A DNA stretch of 64,000 nt. Origin: a virus (taxonomy: Duplodnaviria; Caudoviricetes). Of the stretch, positions 1 through 9,471 are shown piece after piece (position 1 is the stretch's first letter; each line of letters starts with the position of its first letter). The position numbers and the translations under genes are program-made. The DNA is taken from positions 115 through 64,114 of the IMG/VR virus record IMGVR_UViG_3300008448_012183; one strand, written 5' to 3'. The notes under the pieces are model-generated. The model was not told where the DNA came from. It ran no database searches and worked only from the letters and a program-made list of their open reading frames with translations.

Positions 1-2
1 AA

Positions 3-713
3 AATGTTTGTTTAGAATATCCTATAAATTATTTAAGAATAGAAAATAATAAAGGTTTTAATTTTTCTATGTTAAATAACATAGCAGCAAAAATTGCTTT
101 TAATCATGGCGTAAAAGAAATAATATTATGGAATAGCGATCTTTGGGTTCCAGATTCAGAAACAATATCAAAATTAATAAAAAAACACAACGAAGAAGAA
201 AGCATAATTACTGGCACTAAATTAATTTATCCTGTTTTTTCATGGGACGGTAAAGAAGTTTCTCATAATATTCAAACTATTTTTCCAAATAAATCTAAAG
301 ATTATAGAGGTACAATACAATTTGGTGGTTCCTCTTTTATTTTAAGTGAAGAATTTAAAACTTATTTCCCAATACATTCTTATAGATTTAGAGAAAAAGA
401 TTACTATAAATCAAACATAGATAAGCTTTCTGAGTTTGTAACTGGAGCTTTTCAAATAATAAACTTAAAATGGTTTATAGATACTGGTGGCTTAAATCCA
501 AGTTTATCTAAGAATTTTCAAGATGTTGATATCTGTTTGAGAGCTTCAGAAGAAAATAAAAAAGTTATGTATTTTGGTAAAGATTTATTTTTATTTCACG
601 ATGAGTCAGTTAGTTTATCTAATAATAAAAATGATAATCAATTTGTATCTGATAACGTGCTATACTCTAAAATCTGGAACAATCAAAGATTTTTTAAAAC
701 GGTTATACTATAA
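3..713 (+). CDS. Glycosyltransferase family 2 (5'-truncated by window edge)
   Basis: Frame is open from position 3 (NVCLEYPINYLRIENNKGFNFSMLNN...). GT2 motifs FNFSxxNN, LWNSD (DxD-like), VTGAF, GGLN..FQDVDICLR, HDES. Confidence 0.8.
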   Translation, partial: NVCLEYPINYLRIENNKGFNFSMLNNIAAKIAFNHGVKEIILWNSDLWVPDSETISKLIKKHNEEESIITGTKLIYPVFSWDGKEVSHNIQTIFPNKSKDYRGTIQFGGSSFILSEEFKTYFPIHSYRFREKDYYKSNIDKLSEFVTGAFQIINLKWFIDTGGLNPSLSKNFQDVDICLRASEENKKVMYFGKDLFLFHDESVSLSNNKNDNQFVSDNVLYSKIWNNQRFFKTVIL

Positions 714-715
714 AA

Positions 716-1255
716 ATGATAGAGCCAATTTTAATAAATATTAAAAAATATTCTGATAGCCGTGGTTTTTTTTATGAAAGCTATAAAAAATCGTATTTAC
801 AGGAAAAAATAAAATTAGATATAAATTTCGTGCAAGACAACCATTCTGTATCTTATAAAAATGTCATTAGAGGCTTACATTATCAATGGGATGAGCCAAT
901 GATAAAGCTTGTAAGAGTATCTTACGGGTCTATATTAGATGTCCTTGTAGATATCCGAAAAAATTCTAATTCTTTTGGAAAAATACATTATTACGAGCTT
1001 AATTCTGAAAACAACGACCAATTATTCGTACCAGCAGGGTTTGCACATGGTTTTGTTTGCTTGAGCGAATATGCACATGTGCAATATAAATGTTCGGTAG
1101 AATATAATAAAAATGGCGAATCAGGAATAAATCCTTTTGATAAAGATTTAAATATTGATTGGAAAATTAATTTAGCTGATGCAATCGTATCCGATAAGGA
1201 CATAAACTCAAAAAGCTTTAAAGAATATTGTTTAGAACCTAAATTTAAGGAATAA
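716..1255 (+). CDS. rmlC: dTDP-4-dehydrorhamnose 3,5-epimerase
   Basis: Cupin motifs DSRGFFYE, QDNHSVS, RGLHYQ, VDIRKNS, VPAGFAHGF, YKCS, IVSDKD. Confidence 0.95.
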   Translation: MIEPILINIKKYSDSRGFFYESYKKSYLQEKIKLDINFVQDNHSVSYKNVIRGLHYQWDEPMIKLVRVSYGSILDVLVDIRKNSNSFGKIHYYELNSENNDQLFVPAGFAHGFVCLSEYAHVQYKCSVEYNKNGESGINPFDKDLNIDWKINLADAIVSDKDINSKSFKEYCLEPKFKE

Positions 1256-1258
1256 AAT

Positions 1259-2155
1259 ATGAAAATTTTAGTAACTGGCGGGAGAGGTTTTATAGGAAGT
1301 CATTTTGTTGAAGAATGTCTTGCCAAGGGCTGGTCAATTGTAGATGTTGATAAATTAACATACGCTTCTAATAAATCCCTCCCTTGGGATAATCATAAGA
1401 ATTATACATTTATTAAAGCAGACATCAGCGAAATAGATCATCTACCATCGTGTGATGTTTTAATTAACTTTGCTGCTGAAAGCCATGTAGACAATTCTAT
1501 AAAAAGCTCTGATGTGTTTGTAAAGAGTAACATCTTAGGCGTTCATAATCTTTTAGAATTGATAAGAGGCAAACCATCTTACGATAGGCCATTATTTTTC
1601 CACATTAGTACCGATGAGGTCTATGGTGATCGTCATGATGGCAAGTTTACAGAGGACGATAAATTGAAGCCCAGCAACCCGTACTCAGCCACAAAAGCAG
1701 CTGCCGAAATGTTAGTTCTTTCCTATCATAGAACTTACGGAATTGATTATTTGATTACTAGAAGTAGTAACAATTATGGCGAAAGACAGTTTGAAGAAAA
1801 ATTAATTCCAAAATGTTTACAATGTATCAAAGAGGATAAAAAAATTCCAATTCATGGCGATGGAAGTTATGTAAGAGATTGGACATACGTAAAAGATAAT
1901 GTAAACGCTTTGATATTATTAATAGAAAAAAATATTAAAAATGATGTATTTAATATCGCAGCCGAGAATTATTTAACTAATTTAACTGTAGCAAAAGAAG
2001 TTTTAACGTGGTATAATAAAAATGAAAATTGCATAAAATTTGTTGAAAATCGATGGGGACAAGATATTCGTTATGCTGTTTCTAGCGAAAAATTAAAAAA
2101 AGCAACTGGCTGGAATCCAGATTTTATTAATGGATTAAAAAAATTTGTAGGTTAA
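1259..2155 (+). CDS. rmlB: dTDP-glucose 4,6-dehydratase
   Basis: GGRGFIG Rossmann motif, DKLTYA, NFAAESHVD, HISTDEVYG, YSATK catalytic motif, SNNYG..QFEEKLIP, RDWTYV. Confidence 0.95.
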   Translation: MKILVTGGRGFIGSHFVEECLAKGWSIVDVDKLTYASNKSLPWDNHKNYTFIKADISEIDHLPSCDVLINFAAESHVDNSIKSSDVFVKSNILGVHNLLELIRGKPSYDRPLFFHISTDEVYGDRHDGKFTEDDKLKPSNPYSATKAAAEMLVLSYHRTYGIDYLITRSSNNYGERQFEEKLIPKCLQCIKEDKKIPIHGDGSYVRDWTYVKDNVNALILLIEKNIKNDVFNIAAENYLTNLTVAKEVLTWYNKNENCIKFVENRWGQDIRYAVSSEKLKKATGWNPDFINGLKKFVG

Positions 2156-2157
2156 AA

Positions 2158-2841
2158 ATGAAAATTTTAATAACTGGCGGTAATGGTACTTTAGGAAAAG
2201 AATTAATTAAAATAATTGATAAAGAAAAATATACTGTTATATCCCCTAATTCTAAACAGGTGGATATAACAGATTTTGTTGCTTTAAGAGAATATTTTAG
2301 AGTAAATAAACCTAAGCTTGTTATACATTGTGCGGCTGTTACTGATGTTAAAAAAACAGAATCTAATCCAATGGCCGCTTTAAATGTAAATATTATAGGA
2401 ACATGTAATGTTGTAGCTTGTTGTGAAGAGCAAAATATAAAATTAATTCATATATCTACTGATCACGTATTTGATGGACAAAAAGGTAATTATTCTACAG
2501 ATGAAGCCATAAATCCCATAACAAATTATGCCAAAAGTAAAGGAGCAGCAGAATTGGCTGCTAGGATGTATAAAAATAGTTTAGTTATCAGAACCTCTTT
2601 CTTTGGCTATACTTTTCCATATGAAAAAGCTTTTGACGATCAATGGTCTTCAAAAGATTATATTGATATTATTGCACCAAAAGTGCTAGAAGCTGCTCTA
2701 TCAGATACAACGGGCATAGTACACTGTGCCAGCGAGCGTAGAACCATATTTGAAATAGCTAAAGAAAGAAAAAAAGATGTGCAAAGCTGTAGTAGAAAGG
2801 AAATTAATATTCCAATTTTATTTGATACGAGCTTAAAATGA
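2158..2841 (+). CDS. rmlD: dTDP-4-dehydrorhamnose reductase (compact, 227 aa)
   Basis: ITGGNGTLG, VIHCAA, HISTDHVFDG, YAKSK catalytic motif; adjacent to rmlC and rmlB. Confidence 0.85.
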   Translation: MKILITGGNGTLGKELIKIIDKEKYTVISPNSKQVDITDFVALREYFRVNKPKLVIHCAAVTDVKKTESNPMAALNVNIIGTCNVVACCEEQNIKLIHISTDHVFDGQKGNYSTDEAINPITNYAKSKGAAELAARMYKNSLVIRTSFFGYTFPYEKAFDDQWSSKDYIDIIAPKVLEAALSDTTGIVHCASERRTIFEIAKERKKDVQSCSRKEINIPILFDTSLK

Positions 2842-3614
2842 AATATTATCTTACTATTTTTACCATGTTTAAAAATGAAAAAAGATATCTTAAAGAATGG
2901 ATTGATTTTCATTTACTTATTGGCTTTGAACACATTTATCTATGTGATGACTGTAGCACAGATGAGCCATTAGAAGTATTAAGACCCTACATGGATAAAA
3001 AATTAATAACATATTTTACTTGGAAAGATGAACCAAAACCATCTTTCTCTTCTAGAAATTATTTCGTAGATACTTTTAAACATGAAACATACTGGACTGC
3101 TTTTATTGATATAGATGAATTTTTATTTTGTTCCAATCAAGAAGACAAAATATCAGAAAAAATCAAAGAATATGAACAATTTTCTGGCTTAGGAATCAAT
3201 TGCTATGCATTTGGTAACAGTGGATTAAAAAAATATGATGAAAGATTAGTCACAGAAAAATTTATTTATAGAAGTGAAGATACACATAGAGAAAACACTT
3301 ATATAAAAACAATATCCAAACCGATTACTATGGATAGGTCCAGTAACCCACATTACGCTAATTATATTACTGGATACGCAGTAAATGAAAATAAAGAAAA
3401 AATCACTGGATCAAATTGTGTAAATAATAATAAAATTTTCAGAATTAACCATTATTCTAATAAGTCAGAAGAAGAATACTATAACTTTAAATTTAAGCCA
3501 AATGAAGGTAGATCTCCTGTCTTAAAGGCAAGCTATGATAAATATAATAGCGAGTGCATTATTGAAGACAGATTAATACAAAGATATTTAAAGGATCTAA
3601 AAAATGTTGATTAA
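2838..3614 (+). CDS. GT-A fold glycosyltransferase (GT92/GT2-like)
   Basis: FKNEKRYLKEWIDFH..IGFEHIYLCDDCSTD, WTAFIDIDEF (DxD), RINHY..KS.EEY. Confidence 0.85.
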   Translation: MKYYLTIFTMFKNEKRYLKEWIDFHLLIGFEHIYLCDDCSTDEPLEVLRPYMDKKLITYFTWKDEPKPSFSSRNYFVDTFKHETYWTAFIDIDEFLFCSNQEDKISEKIKEYEQFSGLGINCYAFGNSGLKKYDERLVTEKFIYRSEDTHRENTYIKTISKPITMDRSSNPHYANYITGYAVNENKEKITGSNCVNNNKIFRINHYSNKSEEEYYNFKFKPNEGRSPVLKASYDKYNSECIIEDRLIQRYLKDLKNVD

Positions 3615-4635
3615 TTATATAAAAAATAAAAAACCAAATTATGAAAATATAAAAAATCTTCTAGCGGATTCAGAGGAAAAGAACCACTTCACTAATAACG
3701 GTCCAGTTAAAATTAGATTAGAAAAATATTTACATAGTTTTTTAAAAATTGATAAATCTAAAAAAGTTCTTTGTGTTGCAAATGGAACTCTTGCGCTGCA
3801 TGCGATTGACTACTACCTTAAATTAAAACAACATAAAAAAATTAAATGGATAACACCAGCCTATACCTTTCCATCTTGTGCAATCGGCGGGATGGATACA
3901 AAAATATTAGATATTAACTTAAATGATTTTTGCATATTAGAAGAAGAATTATTAAAAGAAAATAATTACGACGGATTAATAATAACCAATCTATTTGGAG
4001 CTTACCCAGACATTGATAAATGGGAAAAATTTTGCAAAGATAACAATAAAATTCTTATTCTTGATAACGCTAGTTCACCGTTGAGCAAATATAAAGATAT
4101 AAATATTTCAAACTATGGAGATTTTTCTTTTGGTAGTCTGCATCATACAAAGATAATAGGATTTGGTGAAGGGGGTTTTATAATCTGTAATGAAGAAGAT
4201 TATGATGGCTTAACTTCTGCTATAACATTCGGTTTTAAAGGAAACAGAATATATAATGAAAACTCCTCAAATTATAAAATGTCTGATGTACAAGCAGCTT
4301 TTATTTTAGATCATTTAATGAGTTTTGATTTACAAAAATATCTATCTATACAAAATATATTTTTAAATGAAATTAAATTTGATGGCGCATCAGTGTTTAA
4401 TAAGAAAGAAGATTTAGTATATGGTAATTTACCAATTGTTTTTCATAAACCAACAAATAATTTACTTTTTAAAGATTTAGGCATTGATGCCTATAAGTAT
4501 TATCTACCGTTGAAACAATTACCAAACTCATTATTTCTATACGATAGAATGGTTAATTTTCCTTTAAATGAAAATTTACGGGAAGAAGAAATAGAAATAA
4601 TCATAAAAGCTATTAAAAGACAGGCAAAAATATGA
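3604..4635 (+). CDS. DegT/DnrJ/EryC1/StrS PLP-dependent sugar aminotransferase
   Basis: FTNNGP, VANGTLAL, TPAYTF, ILDNA, SLHHTK (catalytic Lys), GEGG, NYKMSDVQAA. Confidence 0.9.
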   Translation: MLINYIKNKKPNYENIKNLLADSEEKNHFTNNGPVKIRLEKYLHSFLKIDKSKKVLCVANGTLALHAIDYYLKLKQHKKIKWITPAYTFPSCAIGGMDTKILDINLNDFCILEEELLKENNYDGLIITNLFGAYPDIDKWEKFCKDNNKILILDNASSPLSKYKDINISNYGDFSFGSLHHTKIIGFGEGGFIICNEEDYDGLTSAITFGFKGNRIYNENSSNYKMSDVQAAFILDHLMSFDLQKYLSIQNIFLNEIKFDGASVFNKKEDLVYGNLPIVFHKPTNNLLFKDLGIDAYKYYLPLKQLPNSLFLYDRMVNFPLNENLREEEIEIIIKAIKRQAKI

Positions 4636-5297
4636 AATTAGCCATTATGCAACCTTATATATTTCCATATATTGGTTATTTTCATTTAATAGATAGCGTT
4701 GACACTTTTGTTTTCTATGATGATGTAAACTTTGTCAATTCAGGGTGGGTGAATAGAAATAAAATATTAGTAAATAATAAAGAATTTCTTTTTACTGTCC
4801 CATCTGATTGGTCACAAAATAAAAAAATAAATGAAATTTTTGTAACAACAGATTATAAAAAATGGCAAAAAAAATTTTTAAGTACTTTAAAGCATACATA
4901 TGGTAAAGAAAAATTTTTTAAAGAAACATCAAATTTAATAGAAAAAACTTTATCATGTAGCGAAAATTTAAATGATATTTGTAAGACTTCCATAATAAAT
5001 ACATTAGAATATTTAGAAATAGAAAAAAACATTATTCATTCTTCTGATATTTTTAAGAATGAAAATTTAAAATCAAATGATAGAATAAAAGATATATGTA
5101 AAAAAAGTAAAGCAGATGTGTACATTAACACATCAGGCGGTAAAGCCTTGTATTCTAAAGAAGATTTTGCTAAAGAATTTATTCAACTTTATTTTATAAA
5201 AAGCAAAGAAAATTTAAATTTTTTATCAATAATAGATACAATGATGAAGCATGGGAAAGACACAAAAAAATTTATAAAAGAATACGAGATAGAATAA
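4632..5297 (+). CDS. wbqC: WbqC-like protein
   Basis: AIMQPYIFPYIGYFHLI..VDTFVFYDDVNF..GWVNRNKI, YINTSGG..LY, LSIID. Confidence 0.9.
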   Translation: MKLAIMQPYIFPYIGYFHLIDSVDTFVFYDDVNFVNSGWVNRNKILVNNKEFLFTVPSDWSQNKKINEIFVTTDYKKWQKKFLSTLKHTYGKEKFFKETSNLIEKTLSCSENLNDICKTSIINTLEYLEIEKNIIHSSDIFKNENLKSNDRIKDICKKSKADVYINTSGGKALYSKEDFAKEFIQLYFIKSKENLNFLSIIDTMMKHGKDTKKFIKEYEIE

Positions 5298-5917
5298 TGA
5301 GTTCACCAGAAATTTTAAAAAATCATTACGAAAAATGTTTTATGATTCATGGGGATAATCATCTTGGGGCAGATTGGACTAGAGAAAAAGATCTCTATAC
5401 AAGATATAATGTTATGTTATCTATTCTAGATAGAAGCAACACAGAAAAAAAGATTTTAGATTTTGGGTGCGGAACAGGTATGTTATATAATTATATTTTA
5501 TCTAATAATATAGAATATATAAACTATAACGGAATTGATATAAATAATATTTTAATAGAAAAAGCTAAAACAAAATTTAAAAATATAAGCTTTAAAACAT
5601 CAGATATTTTTAAAAATCCAGAAGTTTTAGAAGATTATGATTATGTTGTTTGCAATGGTGTATTCACCGAAAAAATAAATTTAACACATCAAGAAATGTT
5701 TAGCTTTTTTTCAAATGCCTTAAGTATACTTTTTAAAAAAACTAAAATTGGTATCGCATTTAATTTAATGTCTAAACATGTTGACTATGAAAGAGAAGAT
5801 TTGTTTCATGTGGCTCATGATGAATTGGCAAATTTTTTAACTAAAAATTTATCAAGAAATTATATTATTAGAAATGATTACGGTTTATATGAATATACTA
5901 CGTATTTGTATAAATAA
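5297..5917 (+). CDS. Class I SAM-dependent methyltransferase
   Basis: ILDFGCGTG motif I, YNGIDI, YDYVVCNGVF. Confidence 0.9.
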   Translation: MSSPEILKNHYEKCFMIHGDNHLGADWTREKDLYTRYNVMLSILDRSNTEKKILDFGCGTGMLYNYILSNNIEYINYNGIDINNILIEKAKTKFKNISFKTSDIFKNPEVLEDYDYVVCNGVFTEKINLTHQEMFSFFSNALSILFKKTKIGIAFNLMSKHVDYEREDLFHVAHDELANFLTKNLSRNYIIRNDYGLYEYTTYLYK

Positions 5918-5927
5918 TGGATAAATA

Positions 5928-6581
5928 ATGGATAAACTAATTATATTTGGCGATAAAGATTTAGCTGAGTTGACTAATTTTTATATAAATAATGAAAAAA
6001 AATACGAAATAGAGTGCTTTACAGTACACAAAAGCTTTCTTACAAAAGAAACTTTCTGTGATAAACCGGTAGTGCCCTTTGAAGACATAGAAAAAAAATA
6101 TTCTCCAAATGAATTTAAATTATTTGCACCAATGACTGGCGTAAAAATGAACGACATTAGAACAAATATTTATATGGAAGGCAAGAATAAAGGATATAAA
6201 TTTATTTCTTACGTAAGTCCAAAATGTACTAATTTTGCTTCTAAGATTGGAGAAAATTGTTTTATTCTAGAAGACAATACTTTACAACCTTTTGTGGAAA
6301 TCGGTAATAACGTTGTCATGTGGAGTGGTAATCATATAGGTCATCATAGCTTGATAAGAGACAATACATTCTTTACATCTCATGTTGTATTGTCCGGTCA
6401 CTGCGACGTTGGTGAAAACTCTTGGTTTGGCGTCAATGCTACTATTAGGGATCAGACAAAAATAGGAAAATATTCTTTAATAGCTATGGGTAGTTTAGTG
6501 ACAAAAAACACAGATGAAAATGGTTTCTACATGGGAAGCCCAGCTAAAAAACAAGAAAAAAAATCTACAGAGGTTTATTGA
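5928..6581 (+). CDS. Hexapeptide-repeat sugar acetyltransferase (NeuD/PglD-like)
   Basis: Left-handed beta-helix repeats IGENCFI/IGNNVVM/VGENSWFG, HIGHH, IAMGSLVTK, YMGSPAK. Confidence 0.9.
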   Translation: MDKLIIFGDKDLAELTNFYINNEKKYEIECFTVHKSFLTKETFCDKPVVPFEDIEKKYSPNEFKLFAPMTGVKMNDIRTNIYMEGKNKGYKFISYVSPKCTNFASKIGENCFILEDNTLQPFVEIGNNVVMWSGNHIGHHSLIRDNTFFTSHVVLSGHCDVGENSWFGVNATIRDQTKIGKYSLIAMGSLVTKNTDENGFYMGSPAKKQEKKSTEVY

Positions 6582-7480
6582 TGTGGGAAAAAAAAGGGAA
6601 TATCTTTAGCAAACACTGGGCGCAATTACCAGTTGTAGACACCTCCTATGAAGATTTTTGGAGAATATTTTATTCTCAAAGAATGGATAACAAAAGTTAT
6701 CCTATGTTCATAGATGTAAAAAAAGACAATCCAACAGAAATTATAAATGAAAGCCAATCACCAATAATAGTTTTAGGTGAATTAGGAACTTTTGATCAAG
6801 CTGGAGTAATGCCAACTGAAATTATAAACTATAATAATAAAAAATATTTATATTATATTGGGTGGTCTAATAGAAAAGATGTTCCTTATTTCAACACTAT
6901 TGGATTAGCAATAAGCGAAGATGAAGGTAAAACTTTTAAAAAATTTTCCACAGGTCCAGTTTTTGGCTCTTCTTACAAAGAGCCGGGATATACTGGAACT
7001 ATAAAGATTATGATTGAAAATAATATATGGAGAGCTTGGTATTTATCATGCCGAAAATGGCAAGAAATAAACGGTATTGTAGAACCTTTTTATGATATAA
7101 AATATGCAGAATCTACAAATGGAATAGATTGGGAGCCTCATAACAAAACTTGCATTCGTATGGATGAAGATTTTGCTGGGATTTCGCAAGCGTCTGTTTT
7201 AAAAATTGAAAATAAATATCATATGTGGTTTTCAGCAAGAAAGAAAACTGATTATAGAACCAATCCTAATAATAGTTACAGAATTTATAAAGCCATATCT
7301 CATAACGGAATCGATTGGGAGTATGACAAAACTCCATCTCTGGATGTCTCTGAAACAGGTTGGGATTCTACTATGGTAGAATATCCTTATGTAATTTTTG
7401 ATAAGCAAAGTTATTATATGTTTTATAATGGAAATGGGTTTGGAAAAGAAGGAATAGGATACGCAAAAATAAAAAAATAA
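6578..7480 (+). CDS. Five-bladed beta-propeller glycoside hydrolase-like protein (GH32/43/130-like)
   Basis: Repeated Asp-box-like units SEDEGKTF, STNGIDW, SHNGIDW; blade strands YLYYIG, WRAWY, YHMWFS, YYMFYNG. Confidence 0.75.
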   Translation: MMWEKKGNIFSKHWAQLPVVDTSYEDFWRIFYSQRMDNKSYPMFIDVKKDNPTEIINESQSPIIVLGELGTFDQAGVMPTEIINYNNKKYLYYIGWSNRKDVPYFNTIGLAISEDEGKTFKKFSTGPVFGSSYKEPGYTGTIKIMIENNIWRAWYLSCRKWQEINGIVEPFYDIKYAESTNGIDWEPHNKTCIRMDEDFAGISQASVLKIENKYHMWFSARKKTDYRTNPNNSYRIYKAISHNGIDWEYDKTPSLDVSETGWDSTMVEYPYVIFDKQSYYMFYNGNGFGKEGIGYAKIKK

Positions 7481-7501
7481 TAATTTTTTAAGAACAATAA
7501 A

Positions 7502-8248
7502 ATGAAAAAACAATTAAAAGAAGATGGTTATTTATTATTAAAAAATTTTTTAGATTTATCTGTTTTGAATGATCTTAAAAAAGAAGCGGAATTATTTTTT
7601 TTAAAACAATTTCAAAATCATATTTCAAAAAATATAGAAAAATTTGAAGAAAAATATATGTTTGAATTGTTTGAAAAAAATTTTGAAACTTTTCAAAATT
7701 GTGGCAAACACATACAACATGGATCTATAAAACTACATTCTCTTGGGATTAATAATAAAATTTTAGATACTTTAAAAGAGTGTGGGCTAGAATATCCTGC
7801 TATAGCCACAAGACCAGTTCTTTTTTTTAATCATCAAAAATTAGCAAAAGATCAAGTATATTACAAAACGCCACCTCACCAAGACTGGAGTAGTATTAGA
7901 GGATCTAATGATTGTATGATTGTTTGGATACCACTAGTAGACGTAGACAAAAGTATGGGAGCATTGCGAGTAGTACCAAAGTCTCACACAAATGGAAATT
8001 TAATGTCTAATGTTGTTGGAGGTTTTGGTGCTGTTTCAAAATATTCTAAAGAGGACTTTATTGATGTTCCAATGAATAAAGGCGATATATTGATATTTTC
8101 TTCTTTCTTAGTTCACGAATCAGGAGATATGGATACAGATAAAATACGCTGGTCTTGTAATTTTAGATACAACAATATCAATGATGAAGATTTTATTAAA
8201 AGAAATTATGAATTTTCATATATTTATAAGCCAAAAATTAAGGAATAA
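7502..8248 (+). CDS. Phytanoyl-CoA dioxygenase (PhyH) family 2OG-Fe(II) oxygenase
   Basis: DGYLLLKNFL, PPHQD (HxD), WIPLVD, GALRVVPKSH, KGDILIF..LVHES (distal His), IRWS (2OG-binding Arg). Confidence 0.9.
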   Translation: MKKQLKEDGYLLLKNFLDLSVLNDLKKEAELFFLKQFQNHISKNIEKFEEKYMFELFEKNFETFQNCGKHIQHGSIKLHSLGINNKILDTLKECGLEYPAIATRPVLFFNHQKLAKDQVYYKTPPHQDWSSIRGSNDCMIVWIPLVDVDKSMGALRVVPKSHTNGNLMSNVVGGFGAVSKYSKEDFIDVPMNKGDILIFSSFLVHESGDMDTDKIRWSCNFRYNNINDEDFIKRNYEFSYIYKPKIKE

Positions 8249-8250
8249 AA

Positions 8251-8976
8251 ATGAAAAAATTTGGAATTGTTATTTGCACATATTATAGAAAAGATGGTTC
8301 TTCTTTTTCAAAAGTTTCACGCTCTATTGAATCAATAAAAGAGCAAACAAATAAAAATTGGAAAATATTTTTAATTGGTGATCATTATGAAAACGAAGAA
8401 GAATTTAAAAAAATATCACAATTGCTGCCAGAAGAAAAAATTACAGCAATAAATTTACCATTTGCAGCGGAAAGAGAATCTGGTTTATTTTTTGATAATA
8501 GTTTGTGGTGTTCTGCTGGAGCAAATGCTTCTAATGTTGGCATACAAAAAAGTATAGAAGAAGATTTTGAGATTCATTGTCATTTAGATGATGACGATAT
8601 TTGGGAAAAAAATCATCTAGAAGTTCTACAGTCCGTTTATGATAACATGCCAGAATCTGTTTTTGTTTATACTAATGCTTTATATACAGACAGAAATAAT
8701 ATAACTAGAGCATTTCCTCCTGAAAACATCAGTAAAAATTTATTCTATAATAATCTAATGCCAAGACCAGAAAGATTGATACATTCAAGTGCTTCTTGGA
8801 AATTAAATTCTATACCTTTTAGACATAGAAATACTATAGAACAGGGGAGAGTTTTTCCCGGCGATGCTGATATGTGGGAAAGAATTAACCTATATTGTAA
8901 AGAAAAAAATTTAAAGACGGTCTATGTTCCAGTCACAACAGTAATAAAATTTGACGAGGCGAGTATTCTTAAATAA
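8251..8976 (+). CDS. Glycosyltransferase family 2
   Basis: IVICTY, SIKEQT..NW, ASNVG, HLDDDD.W..NHLE, DADMW.R. Confidence 0.88.
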   Translation: MKKFGIVICTYYRKDGSSFSKVSRSIESIKEQTNKNWKIFLIGDHYENEEEFKKISQLLPEEKITAINLPFAAERESGLFFDNSLWCSAGANASNVGIQKSIEEDFEIHCHLDDDDIWEKNHLEVLQSVYDNMPESVFVYTNALYTDRNNITRAFPPENISKNLFYNNLMPRPERLIHSSASWKLNSIPFRHRNTIEQGRVFPGDADMWERINLYCKEKNLKTVYVPVTTVIKFDEASILK

Positions 8977-8978
8977 AT

Positions 8979-9007
8979 TTTAAAAATATATTTATTTATG
9001 CTATTAT
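8979..9007 (+). promoter_or_regulatory. Putative sigma70-type promoter (extended -10)
   Basis: TG-C-TATTAT at 8999-9007 with TTTAAA 17 nt upstream, in the first real intergenic gap; AGGAG RBS follows before 9031. Confidence 0.4.
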
Positions 9008-9030
9008 AAGAACAAATTAGGAGATAACAT

Positions 9031-9219
9031 ATGAAATTATCAAATCAAGCAGTAGGTTGTTTAATGGTGGCTCTACAAGAAGCTATTATGGAGCAAAAAG
9101 ATATTGTTCCAATTTTAAAAGATTTTGATTTTATACCCGATGGAGAAGATACTGAATGTGAATTAGTTGTATCAAATCCTCCAAAAACCTTAAAAGCCCC
9201 TATGAAGGAATTAGTATAA
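9031..9219 (+). CDS. Hypothetical protein
   Basis: 62-aa ORF with a strong AGGAG RBS, abutting the next gene. Confidence 0.7.
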   Translation: MKLSNQAVGCLMVALQEAIMEQKDIVPILKDFDFIPDGEDTECELVVSNPPKTLKAPMKELV

Positions 9220-9471
9220 ATGCCTATGTACGTTTACGAATGTAATGATTGTAAAAATCAATTTGAATCAGTGCATAGTATGACTGAAGAATTACATAAT
9301 TGCGATAGGTGTGGTGGCGTTGATAGTTTAAAGCGCATACCACAGCTTCTCACCTCTTATAATCAAGATAGACAAAGAACAGTTGCCGGGGAGAGGGTAA
9401 CAAAATTTATAGAAGATTCAAGGCAAATTTTAAAAGATTCAAAAGAAAAATCTACTAAGGAAGTATTATGA
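9220..9471 (+). CDS. FmdB-family zinc-ribbon protein
   Basis: MPMYVYECNDC...F...CDRCGG..LKRI. Confidence 0.85.
   Translation: MPMYVYECNDCKNQFESVHSMTEELHNCDRCGGVDSLKRIPQLLTSYNQDRQRTVAGERVTKFIEDSRQILKDSKEKSTKEVL

Noticed and set aside
7590-7830. Poly-T tracts in the PhyH gene as phase-variation switches
   Set aside because: Runs of about 8 are expected at this AT content, and the frame is intact.
1-8976. Bacterial chromosomal O-antigen locus with an adjacent prophage
   Set aside because: No integrase, att site or compositional break. The genes are co-oriented with the phage genes, and both Pro-Gly sites in the cluster show the same CCWGG avoidance.
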